Assembly: GCA_036567785.1 (NCBI GenBank)
Contig: DATCTV010000054.1
Coordinates: 18,408-82,407, forward strand
DNA length: 64,000 nt
DNA from: Desulfomonilia bacterium
GTDB taxonomy: Bacteria; Desulfobacterota; Desulfomonilia; UBA1062
Direction of reading: 5' to 3'
The notes below the pieces were generated by a model, which worked only from the letters and a program-made list of their open reading frames with translations, had not been told where the DNA came from and did not search any database. A program made the translations under genes and the position numbers. Positions 41,456 to 50,758 of this stretch are shown one piece after another; the stretch's first letter is position 1; each line of letters starts with the position of its first letter.

Positions 41456-41896
41456 ATGCCTGTTTTTAAAAGACAATCTTTGAGGGACATTCTCTATCTC
41501 CAGGACAGAATGAATAAAATATTTGAAGACAGTATTAAACCTGCCACCCCCCAGACAAGCCCCCAGGAACTGGTCCCTCCCGTTGATATATATGAAAATG
41601 ATAAGAGCGTGACAATAAAGGCGGAACTCCCCGGCCTGAACAGGGATGAGATCATCGTTGATATCAGCGGCAACACTTTATCTATCGGTGGCCGCAAGAA
41701 CAAGGCCCACGATGACAGAATTGACAACTACCACGTGATTGAGAGACAGTACGGTTCATTCAAGAGGACTTTCAAACTGCCGGAAGGGGTAGATATGGAT
41801 AAGATATCTGCCAATTTCGAATATGGCGTACTAGAAATCAACCTGCCGAAGGAAAAGGGTATCGCTGTCCGTAGAGTTCCTATTTCCAAGGATTGA
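41456..41896 (+). CDS. Hsp20/alpha-crystallin small heat-shock protein
   Basis: PPVDIYE, AELPG, ERQYGSFKRTFKLP, GVLEINLPK. Confidence 0.93.
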   Translation: MPVFKRQSLRDILYLQDRMNKIFEDSIKPATPQTSPQELVPPVDIYENDKSVTIKAELPGLNRDEIIVDISGNTLSIGGRKNKAHDDRIDNYHVIERQYGSFKRTFKLPEGVDMDKISANFEYGVLEINLPKEKGIAVRRVPISKD

Positions 41897-42434
41897 ATCT
41901 GAAGGTATAGATTTTCATTCCATCAGGATTCCCTGGGTTGATGCAATTTTCCGGTTGAAATCTTGTATCAAGTGATGGTTCATCTGATGCCATGTAATAA
42001 AATTTGCCATTGTCTTGAAGTATTTCCGCAGCAATCTTTACAAGAGAATCTTTCGGTGAAAATGCCCTGGATATAACTGCCGGAAATTTACCGACATGGC
42101 TTACAAGCGGATCTGCCTCAACAATTGCTGCATTTTTTAATCCCATGCAGGAGATGGAATGTCTCAAAAAGGTGCATTTTTTTTCTGAACGCTCAATTAA
42201 AATGACTTCCGAGCCAGGGTGCATAACCGCAAACGGAATTCCCGGGATGCCGGAACCGGTACCCAGATCTGCCAGAATGTCTTCGTTTACAGGTTCAATA
42301 AGCTTCAGGCAGTTGTCGATTTCCTTCTCAATGTTTTTCAAAACCTGCGGTCCAACGAGGTGAAGTGATTTGTTGAAACGTATGATCTCTCTTATCCAGA
42401 TATTCAAAATGTCGTTCATCACTTGCCGATACAA
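41880..42434 (-). CDS. rsmG: 16S rRNA m7G527 methyltransferase
   Basis: DLGTGSGIPG, ERSEKKCTFL, SRAF; follows mnmE. Confidence 0.85.
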   Translation of the reverse strand: MYRQVMNDILNIWIREIIRFNKSLHLVGPQVLKNIEKEIDNCLKLIEPVNEDILADLGTGSGIPGIPFAVMHPGSEVILIERSEKKCTFLRHSISCMGLKNAAIVEADPLVSHVGKFPAVISRAFSPKDSLVKIAAEILQDNGKFYYMASDEPSLDTRFQPENCINPGNPDGMKIYTFRFNPWK

Positions 42435-43732
42435 AACCTGGAGAATATGTCATCCAGTACGTCCTGGTCCATCTCTTCACCCAGGATTGATTTTAAAGCC
42501 TTGATTGCCTCTTTGAGATCAGTTATCGCTGCATCCGGTGTAACAGTTAAGAGCCCATTTTTGAAAGCCTTTAATGCATCAAGTGCTTTTTTGACCAGTG
42601 CTCCATGTCTCTCAATGAAAAGACAGGGAATCCCTTGTGGAAACTGATTCCGCATTGTCGTCAGAAGTCTGTCGATTCCGATATTGTATTTTGCGGATAC
42701 ACATACCGATAAGATATCATCAGCCATCTCAATAGGTTTGCTGCAAAGATCCGATTTATTGAATACTGCTATTATATTATTCCGACTTGATAGCCATTGC
42801 CTGTCTTTTTCGGTAATACCTTTTACGGAGTCTATCACATACAGGACCATATCAGCGTTTTCCATTGCCTGTTTAGTCATTTCAATTCCTGCCGCTTCAG
42901 GCCCTTTTCCGGGTTCCCTTAATCCTGCAGTGTCAAGAAAGATAAAATCGAGGCCATTGAACTCAAGGTGCTCTTTGATAACATCCCTGGTAGTTCCTTC
43001 CTCCTCGTGAACTATTGCTCGGTCATAACCGAGTATTGCATTAAAAAGTGATGATTTGCCTGCATTCGGCAGTCCTGCTATTGCAGTCCGAATGCCTGAA
43101 TATGCATACCCGCTCTCATCATAGCTGGATTTATATCCTTGAAGCATCAGTATTTTCTGTTCTATCCTCTGAAGAAAGCGGCTGGTATCAAGCTCTGATT
43201 CATCGAGTATGAAATCGGCTTCAAACTCTGAGTACAGCTGCTCAAGGTCATTCTTTATCGATTTTATGCCATCGGAGAGTTTGCCGCTCATCAGGCTTTT
43301 CGACATTTCAATTGCACAATAACTTTTTGCACCTATCAGGGCACTGATCGCTTCGGCCTGGGCAATATCCATCTTTCCGTTAAGATATGCCCTTGAGGTG
43401 AACTCTCCCCTGTCTGCCTCAACTGCAAGGCCTGTTGCAATTATGGTATCGATAACAGATTTAACCAGAAGAGGGTTCCCATGACAGCTTATTTCGGCCG
43501 TATCCTCTCCTGTATAAGATGACGGCCCGGGATGAAATACAGCCATAACAGTATCAACAAGTTTTGCATCGGGGTCTTTTATTCCGGCCTTTTTCTGAAA
43601 ATGGGGTGGCCATTCATATATTCCGGTTATTAAACGCAATATTCGAAGTGTTTCCGGACCGGTGATTCTGATAATGCTTATGGCACCTGTACCTCTTGGT
43701 GTCGATTCTGCAAAAACGGTTAGGGGCTTTAT
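42419..43732 (-). CDS. mnmE: tRNA modification GTPase MnmE
   Basis: GLPNAGKSS, TTRD, DTAG, NKSD, VSAK, FSRFCIGK; conserved N-terminus ESTPRGTGAISIIRITG lies upstream of the ORF-track start (43639); the first codon appears to be ATA at 43732. Confidence 0.92.
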   Translation of the reverse strand: MKPLTVFAESTPRGTGAISIIRITGPETLRILRLITGIYEWPPHFQKKAGIKDPDAKLVDTVMAVFHPGPSSYTGEDTAEISCHGNPLLVKSVIDTIIATGLAVEADRGEFTSRAYLNGKMDIAQAEAISALIGAKSYCAIEMSKSLMSGKLSDGIKSIKNDLEQLYSEFEADFILDESELDTSRFLQRIEQKILMLQGYKSSYDESGYAYSGIRTAIAGLPNAGKSSLFNAILGYDRAIVHEEEGTTRDVIKEHLEFNGLDFIFLDTAGLREPGKGPEAAGIEMTKQAMENADMVLYVIDSVKGITEKDRQWLSSRNNIIAVFNKSDLCSKPIEMADDILSVCVSAKYNIGIDRLLTTMRNQFPQGIPCLFIERHGALVKKALDALKAFKNGLLTVTPDAAITDLKEAIKALKSILGEEMDQDVLDDIFSRFCIGK

Positions 43733-44460
43733 CGTGGCTGTTTCCTCGTTTTGGGCTGGATAACCACCTTCTTGAAAACCCCTTCACCGATGCTTCTGGT
43801 GTTGAGGTCAGGTTCGCTCTTCAAGGTAAGGTGGATTATTCTGCGGTCATAGGGATTCATCATCTCAAGAGATACGGATTTGCCGGTTTTTCTCGCCTTT
43901 TGCCCCATCTTTATCGCCATTGATTTGAGTCGATCGATATGACGTTCCCTGTATTTTTCGGTGTCGATCGTTATGTGTATCATATCCTGACGGTCTTTAT
44001 TCGCGATGCGGTTGATAATGAACTGCAATGCGTCAAGTGTCTGTCCATGCTTGCCTATCAGAAGCCCGCTGCCGTCGCCAGTGATCTCAAGCACGCCGTC
44101 GCTTCTGAGCTGAACCTCGGAATTTTCAATCTGCATTTTTGCAAGAATTTCCGTTAGAACGGTTTTCATTTCAATCAGAACCTGTTCAGGGACTTCTTTT
44201 GATGGTGACAGCAGCTCTTCACTTGATTGGGATTCAGGCATTTCAGGGGCGGCATCATCTATATCCACTGGTGAATCATTATCACGGGCAGTAGCCAGCC
44301 GCGCCTTTATTTTTGCATTTTTTCCGCCCATTCCCAAAAAGCCCTTTGAAGCCTCAACCAGAATCTGTATATCGAGATCTTCAAAGCTCACACGAAAAGC
44401 CCTCATGGCCTGGACGATTGCTTCATCAACTGATCTGCCTTCAAATTCCTTGTATTCCAT
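43729..44460 (-). CDS. jag: RNA-binding protein Jag/KhpB/EloR
   Basis: GRSVDEAI, LLIGKHGQTLDALQ (KH), MNPYDRRIIH (R3H). Confidence 0.95.
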   Translation of the reverse strand: MEYKEFEGRSVDEAIVQAMRAFRVSFEDLDIQILVEASKGFLGMGGKNAKIKARLATARDNDSPVDIDDAAPEMPESQSSEELLSPSKEVPEQVLIEMKTVLTEILAKMQIENSEVQLRSDGVLEITGDGSGLLIGKHGQTLDALQFIINRIANKDRQDMIHITIDTEKYRERHIDRLKSMAIKMGQKARKTGKSVSLEMMNPYDRRIIHLTLKSEPDLNTRSIGEGVFKKVVIQPKTRKQPR

Positions 44461-44477
44461 TGTGGCAGTTTCCTCCT

Positions 44478-46136
44478 TTATTCAGTTACACGATTAATAT
44501 AAACCTGCTGAATTATCGACAGGATATTGCTTATCAGCCAGTAAATGACAAGTCCCGAAGGGAATGTCAGGAACATGAATGTAAATATCAGCGGCATGAA
44601 CATCATTATTTTCTGCTGCATGGCGTCCCCTGGTGTCGGGGTCATTTTCTGCTGAATGAACCAGCTTGCACCCATAAGAAGAGGAGTTATCAGATACGGG
44701 TCGGGCGCAGACAGGTCGGGAAGCCAGGTGCCAACAATATGAAAAGGTGTCTGCCTCAGTTCGATTGCAGACTGAAAAACTCTGTACAGTGCAAACAGTA
44801 TCGGGATCTGAAGTAGAAGGGGAAGACAGCCTCCCATCGGATTGATTTTATGGTCTTTATACAGCTTCATCAGCTCCTGGTTCTGGCGCTGCCTGTCATC
44901 CTTGTATTTTTCCTGGATTTCCTTCATCAGGGGCTGAATTTTCTGAAGTCCTTTCATTGATTTGAAACTCTTCAGAGAAAGCGGATAAAGGATAAGCTTG
45001 ATTATGAAAGTCAGGATAATGATTGTCCATCCATAGCTGCCGACATATCTGTTTATCCAGTTCATGCTGATAAGCATAGGTTTTGCAACAATGTCAAAGA
45101 ATCCGAAACTGAGTGCAGTATTAAGTCCGTATTTTGAATATAATTTCAATGAATTATACTCCTTGGGACCAATGTACATGCCCAGATCCTGTTCTATGGT
45201 TTTTCCAGGCTGAACCTCATACTGCTGTGAATACGAACTGGCAATGTATGTATTGTCCAGTCTTGAAATGTTAACAGATGCTTCAGGTGCAGTTATGGGG
45301 ACTATTACATTCAGGAAATAAGTATCCTCATAGCCGAACCATTTTATGTTGCCGGTAAACGGTCTGAACTGGCCTGGTTCTTTTATTTTGGATAGCTTGA
45401 ATTCTTCGAGGTGTTTCCCGTTTAAGAGCGCGGGCCCGTTAAATGTTGTTTTCGATAACTGGCCATCCACAGGATATGAAACCTTTTGTACTACATTGAT
45501 GCCCAATGACCTGGCCTTATCCGATGAGTTGATGATTGTGTTTTTATAACCGATAAAATATGTCCCGGGGTCTATGGTGAAGGTTTTCCTAAGGGTTATT
45601 CCATCTGAGATCCGGGTATCGAATGAAAGTGCGAATGCATCTTTGTCAATTGATATTGTACCGGTTTTACTTGCATTGAATATAAGGTTTTCATCACTTG
45701 CACCACCTGTTAAGAAAACGCCGGGCATAGGGGTATTTATTGCCTGAACAAGTTCGGACGATTTGACTTTGGAGGCCTCTTTATCGAACATTCTTTTAAC
45801 AAGTTCGGTTATGCTTGGGTTCGGTTTCTGTGCAAATTCATTATACTTTTTAAGTTTCATGGAAATTAGTCTTGCGCCTTTTGTGCTCCATTTCGCTTCA
45901 AATAAGGGGGTATTCGTGACAATAAACTCCTCCTGTGCAGTATCCGGTGCAACAGGGGAAGCCTGTGCGACAGTTTCTGATTCAGGAATTAAGGGTGACG
46001 GATTTTCTTTGACGGGCAGTTCTTTTGTTGTTTGCGGTTTTACATTCTTAAGCCTTTGCGGTTTCAGCACGAAATAATCCCAGGCAAAAAGTATTGCAAT
46101 CGATAACACTATGGCAATTACTGTCTTCTTGTCCAT
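44478..46136 (-). CDS. yidC: Membrane protein insertase YidC
   Basis: YGWTIIILT, PMGGCLP, LPDLSAPDP, PSGLVIYW. Confidence 0.96.
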   Translation of the reverse strand: MDKKTVIAIVLSIAILFAWDYFVLKPQRLKNVKPQTTKELPVKENPSPLIPESETVAQASPVAPDTAQEEFIVTNTPLFEAKWSTKGARLISMKLKKYNEFAQKPNPSITELVKRMFDKEASKVKSSELVQAINTPMPGVFLTGGASDENLIFNASKTGTISIDKDAFALSFDTRISDGITLRKTFTIDPGTYFIGYKNTIINSSDKARSLGINVVQKVSYPVDGQLSKTTFNGPALLNGKHLEEFKLSKIKEPGQFRPFTGNIKWFGYEDTYFLNVIVPITAPEASVNISRLDNTYIASSYSQQYEVQPGKTIEQDLGMYIGPKEYNSLKLYSKYGLNTALSFGFFDIVAKPMLISMNWINRYVGSYGWTIIILTFIIKLILYPLSLKSFKSMKGLQKIQPLMKEIQEKYKDDRQRQNQELMKLYKDHKINPMGGCLPLLLQIPILFALYRVFQSAIELRQTPFHIVGTWLPDLSAPDPYLITPLLMGASWFIQQKMTPTPGDAMQQKIMMFMPLIFTFMFLTFPSGLVIYWLISNILSIIQQVYINRVTE

Positions 46137-46160
46137 ATCTTCAAGTCTCCATAATTAATG

Positions 46161-46373
46161 TCAGGCAGGATCATACCCGCCAGGGTGTAAAGGATGGCAT
46201 TTCAATATCCTCAGGCCTGCTTTAAGCATGCCCCTGACTGCACCGTATTTGTTGATGGCATCGATGGCATATTGTGAGCATGTCGGATGAAACCTGCAGC
46301 TGGATGGGAAAAGAGGAGATATTGCCAGTCTGTAAAACTTGATAAGAGTAAGAAAGAATTTCTTCAGCATCAT
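46161..46373 (-). CDS. yidD: Membrane protein insertion efficiency factor
   Basis: [23 protein letters not shown]. Confidence 0.95.
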   Translation of the reverse strand: MMLKKFFLTLIKFYRLAISPLFPSSCRFHPTCSQYAIDAINKYGAVRGMLKAGLRILKCHPLHPGGYDPA

Positions 46374-46705
46374 TTCTTCAGGACTTTTTCAATTTCCAGA
46401 GAAATCCCAGCCAGATTGTCAATTCGACCGGACCTTGCAATGAGAACATAATCTTTTCCCGGTGCAAACCAAGGCTTGTTCAGTCGGAAAGCTTCACGCA
46501 GCAATCGTTTGATTCTGTTTCTCCTTACTGCGTTACCTGTTTTTTTGCTTACCGTCAGACCTATGCGTGCAAGGTTCAATGAATTCGGTGCAACAAGAAT
46601 AATGAGATTTTTCGTAATCAGCCGTTCAGTTTTATGTTCGTCTACCTTCTTGAACTCATGTCTTTTGGTAAGCCTTAATTCCTTGGGAAATCTCTCGTCT
46701 GACAT
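46370..46705 (-). CDS. rnpA: Ribonuclease P protein component
   Basis: [36 protein letters not shown]. Confidence 0.95.
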   Translation of the reverse strand: MSDERFPKELRLTKRHEFKKVDEHKTERLITKNLIILVAPNSLNLARIGLTVSKKTGNAVRRNRIKRLLREAFRLNKPWFAPGKDYVLIARSGRIDNLAGISLEIEKVLKK

Positions 46706-46839
46706 CAAACGGCCAAACGCTTGCGTCCCTTGGCCCTCCTTCTGTTGATAACCAGTTTTCCGCCACTAGTGCGCATACGAACGAGAAATCCGTGAGTGCG
46801 TTTCCGCCTCGTGTTGTGTGGCTGATAAGTCCGCTTCAT
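46705..46839 (-). CDS. rpmH: 50S ribosomal protein L34 (missing from the ORF track)
   Basis: Translated by hand: [44 protein letters not shown]; SD GAGGTG. Confidence 0.97.
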   Translation of the reverse strand: MKRTYQPHNTRRKRTHGFLVRMRTSGGKLVINRRRAKGRKRLAV

Positions 46840-46927
46840 TGCTCACCTCGATTCTAAAATTAGGGGGATACTATTTGCATATACGATTCTTTCTTGTCAA
46901 GAAATAAAACTGGACGCCAAAACGATA

Positions 46928-46967
46928 GTTGTTAAGTTAGTATTTGTACTAGTATTAACTTGACAAT
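46928..46967. repeat. Imperfect inverted repeat overlapping a TTGACA upstream of csp
   Basis: GTTGTTAAGTTAGTATTTGTACTAGTATTAACTTGACAAT is near-palindromic; most mismatches are G-T type. Confidence 0.6.
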
Positions 46968-47152
46968 GTTGCTGACATCACGTAAGTCTTGCGCCCATCT
47001 GATATGCGATACAAATATACCGGAAAAATGAACCTTAAAGGAAGCCCTGGTTTACCTTGAAGTGTTTGCCGAAAGAATCGTGTTTCAGAAATAATGAAAA
47101 TCGGTACCATCTCAATTGCCTGGGCTGGTCACTGGAAGAAGAGGTATTTAAT

Positions 47153-47353
47153 ATGGCAAAAGGAACAGTGAAGTGGTTTAACGAGAAAAAAGGATTTGGT
47201 TTCATTACGGAAGAAAGCGGAACTGATGTGTTTGTGCATTTTTCAGCAATTAAAAGTGACGGGTTCAAAACACTCGAAGAAGGCGAAAGAGTAACTTTTG
47301 ATGTATCAAACGGCCCCAAAGGTCCGCAGGCGTCAAACGTTTTAAAAGCCTAA
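47153..47353 (+). CDS. Cold-shock protein
   Basis: [18 protein letters not shown] (RNP1), DVFVHFSAI (RNP2); SD GAGG; the ORF-track N-extension is probably UTR. Confidence 0.96.
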   Translation: MAKGTVKWFNEKKGFGFITEESGTDVFVHFSAIKSDGFKTLEEGERVTFDVSNGPKGPQASNVLKA

Positions 47354-47382
47354 TAATAACAGCCTCATAAAATTCGGAATCA

Positions 47383-47407
47383 AGGGCGGCCAAAGCCGCC
47401 CTGTTTT
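47383..47407 (+). terminator. Rho-independent terminator after csp
   Basis: AGGGCGGC-CAAA-GCCGCCCT followed by GTTTT. Confidence 0.8.
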
Positions 47408-47548
47408 GTCAATTTCAAGTTTTTTCCAGAAGTATTATACCTTCGCAGATGAACTCAACTGAAAATAAGTCTTAAAAATTAATTCAAATGCAACTTTTAC
47501 GTGTTTTTACTATAATGAAGTCTCATTTTATTGTTAAGGAGATTGATT

Positions 47549-47953
47549 ATGAAGAAGATGTTAGCATTTGTATTGCTGATTGTTGTTTTCATGAGTACAG
47601 CTGCTTATGCTCAGGTTACGGCAATCGAAATCAGGGGTGCGGGAAATGACAAGTTTACAGGTGCGGTGACTGGATATGAATATTCCTACGGGGTGAGCGA
47701 TGTAATCGTAAGAATATTTGCCAATGAAACCGGTTCAAGCCGTAAAATTCAAGCCACTATTACTTTCCAATCCACTGAAAATTATACTCCCAATGTTGAT
47801 ATTCTTCATAACGCATTGGAAAATCCAAACAAGAATTTCATGGTTGAGCTCAACAGCCCCAATAACACTGTTTTCAATAATACGAAAATCATGTCCGTGG
47901 TAGTGGTCGGTAAGCTTCGGCCGGCAGGTACAATTACAATTAAACCTCAATAA
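47549..47953 (+). CDS. Hypothetical secreted protein
   Basis: SD AAGGAG; signal peptide MKKMLAFVLL..AAYA; no recognisable family. Confidence 0.65.
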   Translation: MKKMLAFVLLIVVFMSTAAYAQVTAIEIRGAGNDKFTGAVTGYEYSYGVSDVIVRIFANETGSSRKIQATITFQSTENYTPNVDILHNALENPNKNFMVELNSPNNTVFNNTKIMSVVVVGKLRPAGTITIKPQ

Positions 47954-47974
47954 GAAGCTGTAAATTTATTTCTA

Positions 47975-50482
47975 ATGAAATCCGGGACTGCTTATAAGAT
48001 TTATCTTATAGGAAATGCCCATCTGGACCCTGTCTGGCTCTGGAAAAAGCCGCAGGGTCTCGCCGAGGTGAAAGCGACATTTCTGTCCGTCCTCATGCGT
48101 ATGAAGGAGTTCCCTGATTTCACCTTTACCTGCAGCAGCGCCCTATACTACAAATGGGTGGAAGAGAACGCCCCTGAGATTTTCGAAGAGATCAGACAAA
48201 GGGTCAGAGAAGGAAGGTGGAATATAGTCGGCGGCTGGTGGATACAGCCCGACTGCAATCTTCCATGCGGTGAGTCGTTCGTGCGGCACGGGCTTTATTC
48301 CCAGCGGTATTTCCTTGACAGGTTCGGTTTTGTTGCAAAGACCGGCTATAACGTGGATTCGTTCGGTCACAGCGGCATGCTGCCACAGATTTTATTAAAA
48401 AGCGGCATGCAGAACTATGTCTTCATGAGGCCTTCCCATGATGAAAAAGACCTGCCGGGGCCGCTCTTCTGGTGGGAGAGTCCGGACGGCAGCCGTGTGC
48501 TCACCTTCAGAATCCCGTTCTGCTACAACCAGGAATGGGGAGACCCCAATGATGCCGCTCCCACGGAAAAACAGAAGCTGATTGCCACAAGGTCGCTGAC
48601 CTCTCAGCTAGGTTACGAACTCATGGGCTTTTTCGGCGTGGGAAATCACGGAGGAGGACCTACCATATCAAACCTCAAGATGATCGAGGCCCTTAAAGAG
48701 GAATGGGGAGAAGAATCCCTGATAATGAGTTCGCCCGATGCCTATTTTGTCGACATGAAGCTCAAGAAGATGGACATTCCTGTTGTCAGAGACGACCTTC
48801 AGCACCATGCAAGCGGCGCCTACTGCGCCCACTCAGCCGTGAAAAAGTTAAACAGGCTTGCTGAGAACAGGCTCATGGCGTCCGAAAAGCTCTCGGCCGC
48901 CGCCATGCTGCTTACCGGTGCGGCCTTTCCGAACTCCCGCTTCGAAAGGGCCTGGCAGCAGGTGCTGTTCAACCAGTTCCACGACATAATCACCGGCTGC
49001 TGCATAAAAGAGGCGTATGACGATGTCTTCAGCGCCTACGGCGAGGCATTGAACATCGCATCAGAGGAGATGAATTTCGCAGTGCAGAAGATATCCTGGT
49101 CAATAGATACCTCATGCGGCGAAGACATCCCTTTGAGCAAAGATACGGACTGGATACTATGGGAGCATGAAAACAGGGGAATCCCGCTTGTGGTTTTCAA
49201 CACCCTCTCCTGGGAGATCGAGGCCCCCATTCAGGTGCATAGGCAGGTGAAGGCCGTCACCGATGATGCCGGTCGCGCCCTGATGATCCAGCATGTGCGC
49301 GCGCCTCAGATGAACCTCGACGATAAATTGGATACACTGTTCATAGGAAAGATACCGGCTATGGGCTACCGCGTTTTCACGATATACAGAAACCTTGAAA
49401 TCCCGACAGCAGCAATCCCGGGGGCATTGAATGTTTCGGAGACCCATATTGAAAACGCATTCATAAGGCTCGATTTCGACCCGGTTTCCGGCAACATCGA
49501 CAGGCTTTATGACAAGCGAACGGGTTCTGACATTCTTTCAGGCCCCGGTGCTGCACCTGTCGTGATCGATGAACATGATTCCGATACATGGGCGCATTTT
49601 ATTTTCAGGTTCGATAAGGTGATGGGCCGCTTCGGCGACACAGAGATGAAAGTCCTGGAGACGGGCCCTCTGAGGGCGATATTGAGGGTGACCAACCGCT
49701 TTGAAAGGTCCGTCTTGCAGCAGGACTTCATACTTTATCACGACAGACCGGATATCAATGTCAGGGTCAGACTCGACTGGCAGGAAAGGCACAAAATGCT
49801 AAAGATCGAATTCCCGGTGAACATAAAGGGCGTCCATGCAACCTACGAGATACCGTACGGATTCATCGAGAGGCCTGCCGAAGGCCTGGAAGTGCCCGCC
49901 CTGCAGTGGGCCGATCTTTCCGGAACTCATTGTAAAAGCAGCATCGCCTGCGGACTGACTATCATTACCGATGCGAAATACAGCTTCAGCGCAAGCGTAA
50001 ACACCCTGAGCATGAGTGCGGTAAGAAGCCCCATATACGCCGATCATTACGGTTATGCGGAAAGAGACGCTTTCTGTGAGTTCATGGACCAGGGCGTCCA
50101 GGAGTTCAATTATGCCATTATCCCGCATGAAGGCGCGTGGCAGCAGTCAGGCGCTACGAAAAAGGCCTGTGAACTCAATACCTCGCCTACCCAGATCATG
50201 GAGACATATCATAAAGGTCCACTCGGAAAGATGATGCAGGGCATCAACATATCAGCCGGAAACGTTATCGCTACAGTATTCAAGAGGGCTGAGGACGGCG
50301 GCGGATATATCCTGCGCTGTTACGAGACCGAAGGCACACCTGTGTCGGCGACCATCACGCTCGGTATATGCAACAGGGATTTTACCGCCGTGTTCGGGCC
50401 GTGCGAGATTAAAACATTCTTCATTCCTGACACACCAGAAGCGCCTGTATCAGAAACAAGCATGATAGAACTTGAGCTCTGA
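47975..50482 (+). CDS. Alpha-mannosidase, glycoside hydrolase family 38
   Basis: GNAHLDPVWLW, GGWWIQPD.N.P.GES, VDSFGHS, QFHDII, EIPYG. Confidence 0.9.
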   Translation: MKSGTAYKIYLIGNAHLDPVWLWKKPQGLAEVKATFLSVLMRMKEFPDFTFTCSSALYYKWVEENAPEIFEEIRQRVREGRWNIVGGWWIQPDCNLPCGESFVRHGLYSQRYFLDRFGFVAKTGYNVDSFGHSGMLPQILLKSGMQNYVFMRPSHDEKDLPGPLFWWESPDGSRVLTFRIPFCYNQEWGDPNDAAPTEKQKLIATRSLTSQLGYELMGFFGVGNHGGGPTISNLKMIEALKEEWGEESLIMSSPDAYFVDMKLKKMDIPVVRDDLQHHASGAYCAHSAVKKLNRLAENRLMASEKLSAAAMLLTGAAFPNSRFERAWQQVLFNQFHDIITGCCIKEAYDDVFSAYGEALNIASEEMNFAVQKISWSIDTSCGEDIPLSKDTDWILWEHENRGIPLVVFNTLSWEIEAPIQVHRQVKAVTDDAGRALMIQHVRAPQMNLDDKLDTLFIGKIPAMGYRVFTIYRNLEIPTAAIPGALNVSETHIENAFIRLDFDPVSGNIDRLYDKRTGSDILSGPGAAPVVIDEHDSDTWAHFIFRFDKVMGRFGDTEMKVLETGPLRAILRVTNRFERSVLQQDFILYHDRPDINVRVRLDWQERHKMLKIEFPVNIKGVHATYEIPYGFIERPAEGLEVPALQWADLSGTHCKSSIACGLTIITDAKYSFSASVNTLSMSAVRSPIYADHYGYAERDAFCEFMDQGVQEFNYAIIPHEGAWQQSGATKKACELNTSPTQIMETYHKGPLGKMMQGINISAGNVIATVFKRAEDGGGYILRCYETEGTPVSATITLGICNRDFTAVFGPCEIKTFFIPDTPEAPVSETSMIELEL

Positions 50483-50758
50483 AGGCATCAGAGTATGCAA
50501 ATTGAAATCTGGTCCAAAATATTCAGAAAAAGGGTTAAATGGAAATTTACTTCAATTCCTTTGTCAAATAATGGAAGTACAAAATTCCTGTAAATTATAA
50601 TAATTTCTCCGACCGGGGATCATATCCTGTCAGCCGGTATCTAATGGCCGGCATAAAAATTTTCCCGGGATAAAACCTTCAACCCCTGTTGCATTATGCG
50701 CGGAATGGGGTAAAGCATATTATAATTTTTTGAAAAGTTTTTGCCGGAAGGAGATACG

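Noticed and set aside
47057-47152. N-terminal extension of the cold-shock ORF in the track
   Set aside because: The canonical Csp start with an SD is at 47153; the upstream part is better explained as UTR.
48630-48665. GH38 segment GVGNHGGGP with Asn where other members have Asp
   Set aside because: I recall this variant in other GH38 proteins and cannot place the acid/base residue without an alignment.
50483-50758. Long intergenic region with small hairpins, considered as a riboswitch
   Set aside because: No recognisable aptamer consensus (TPP, SAM, cobalamin, c-di-GMP) by eye; an Infernal search would be needed.
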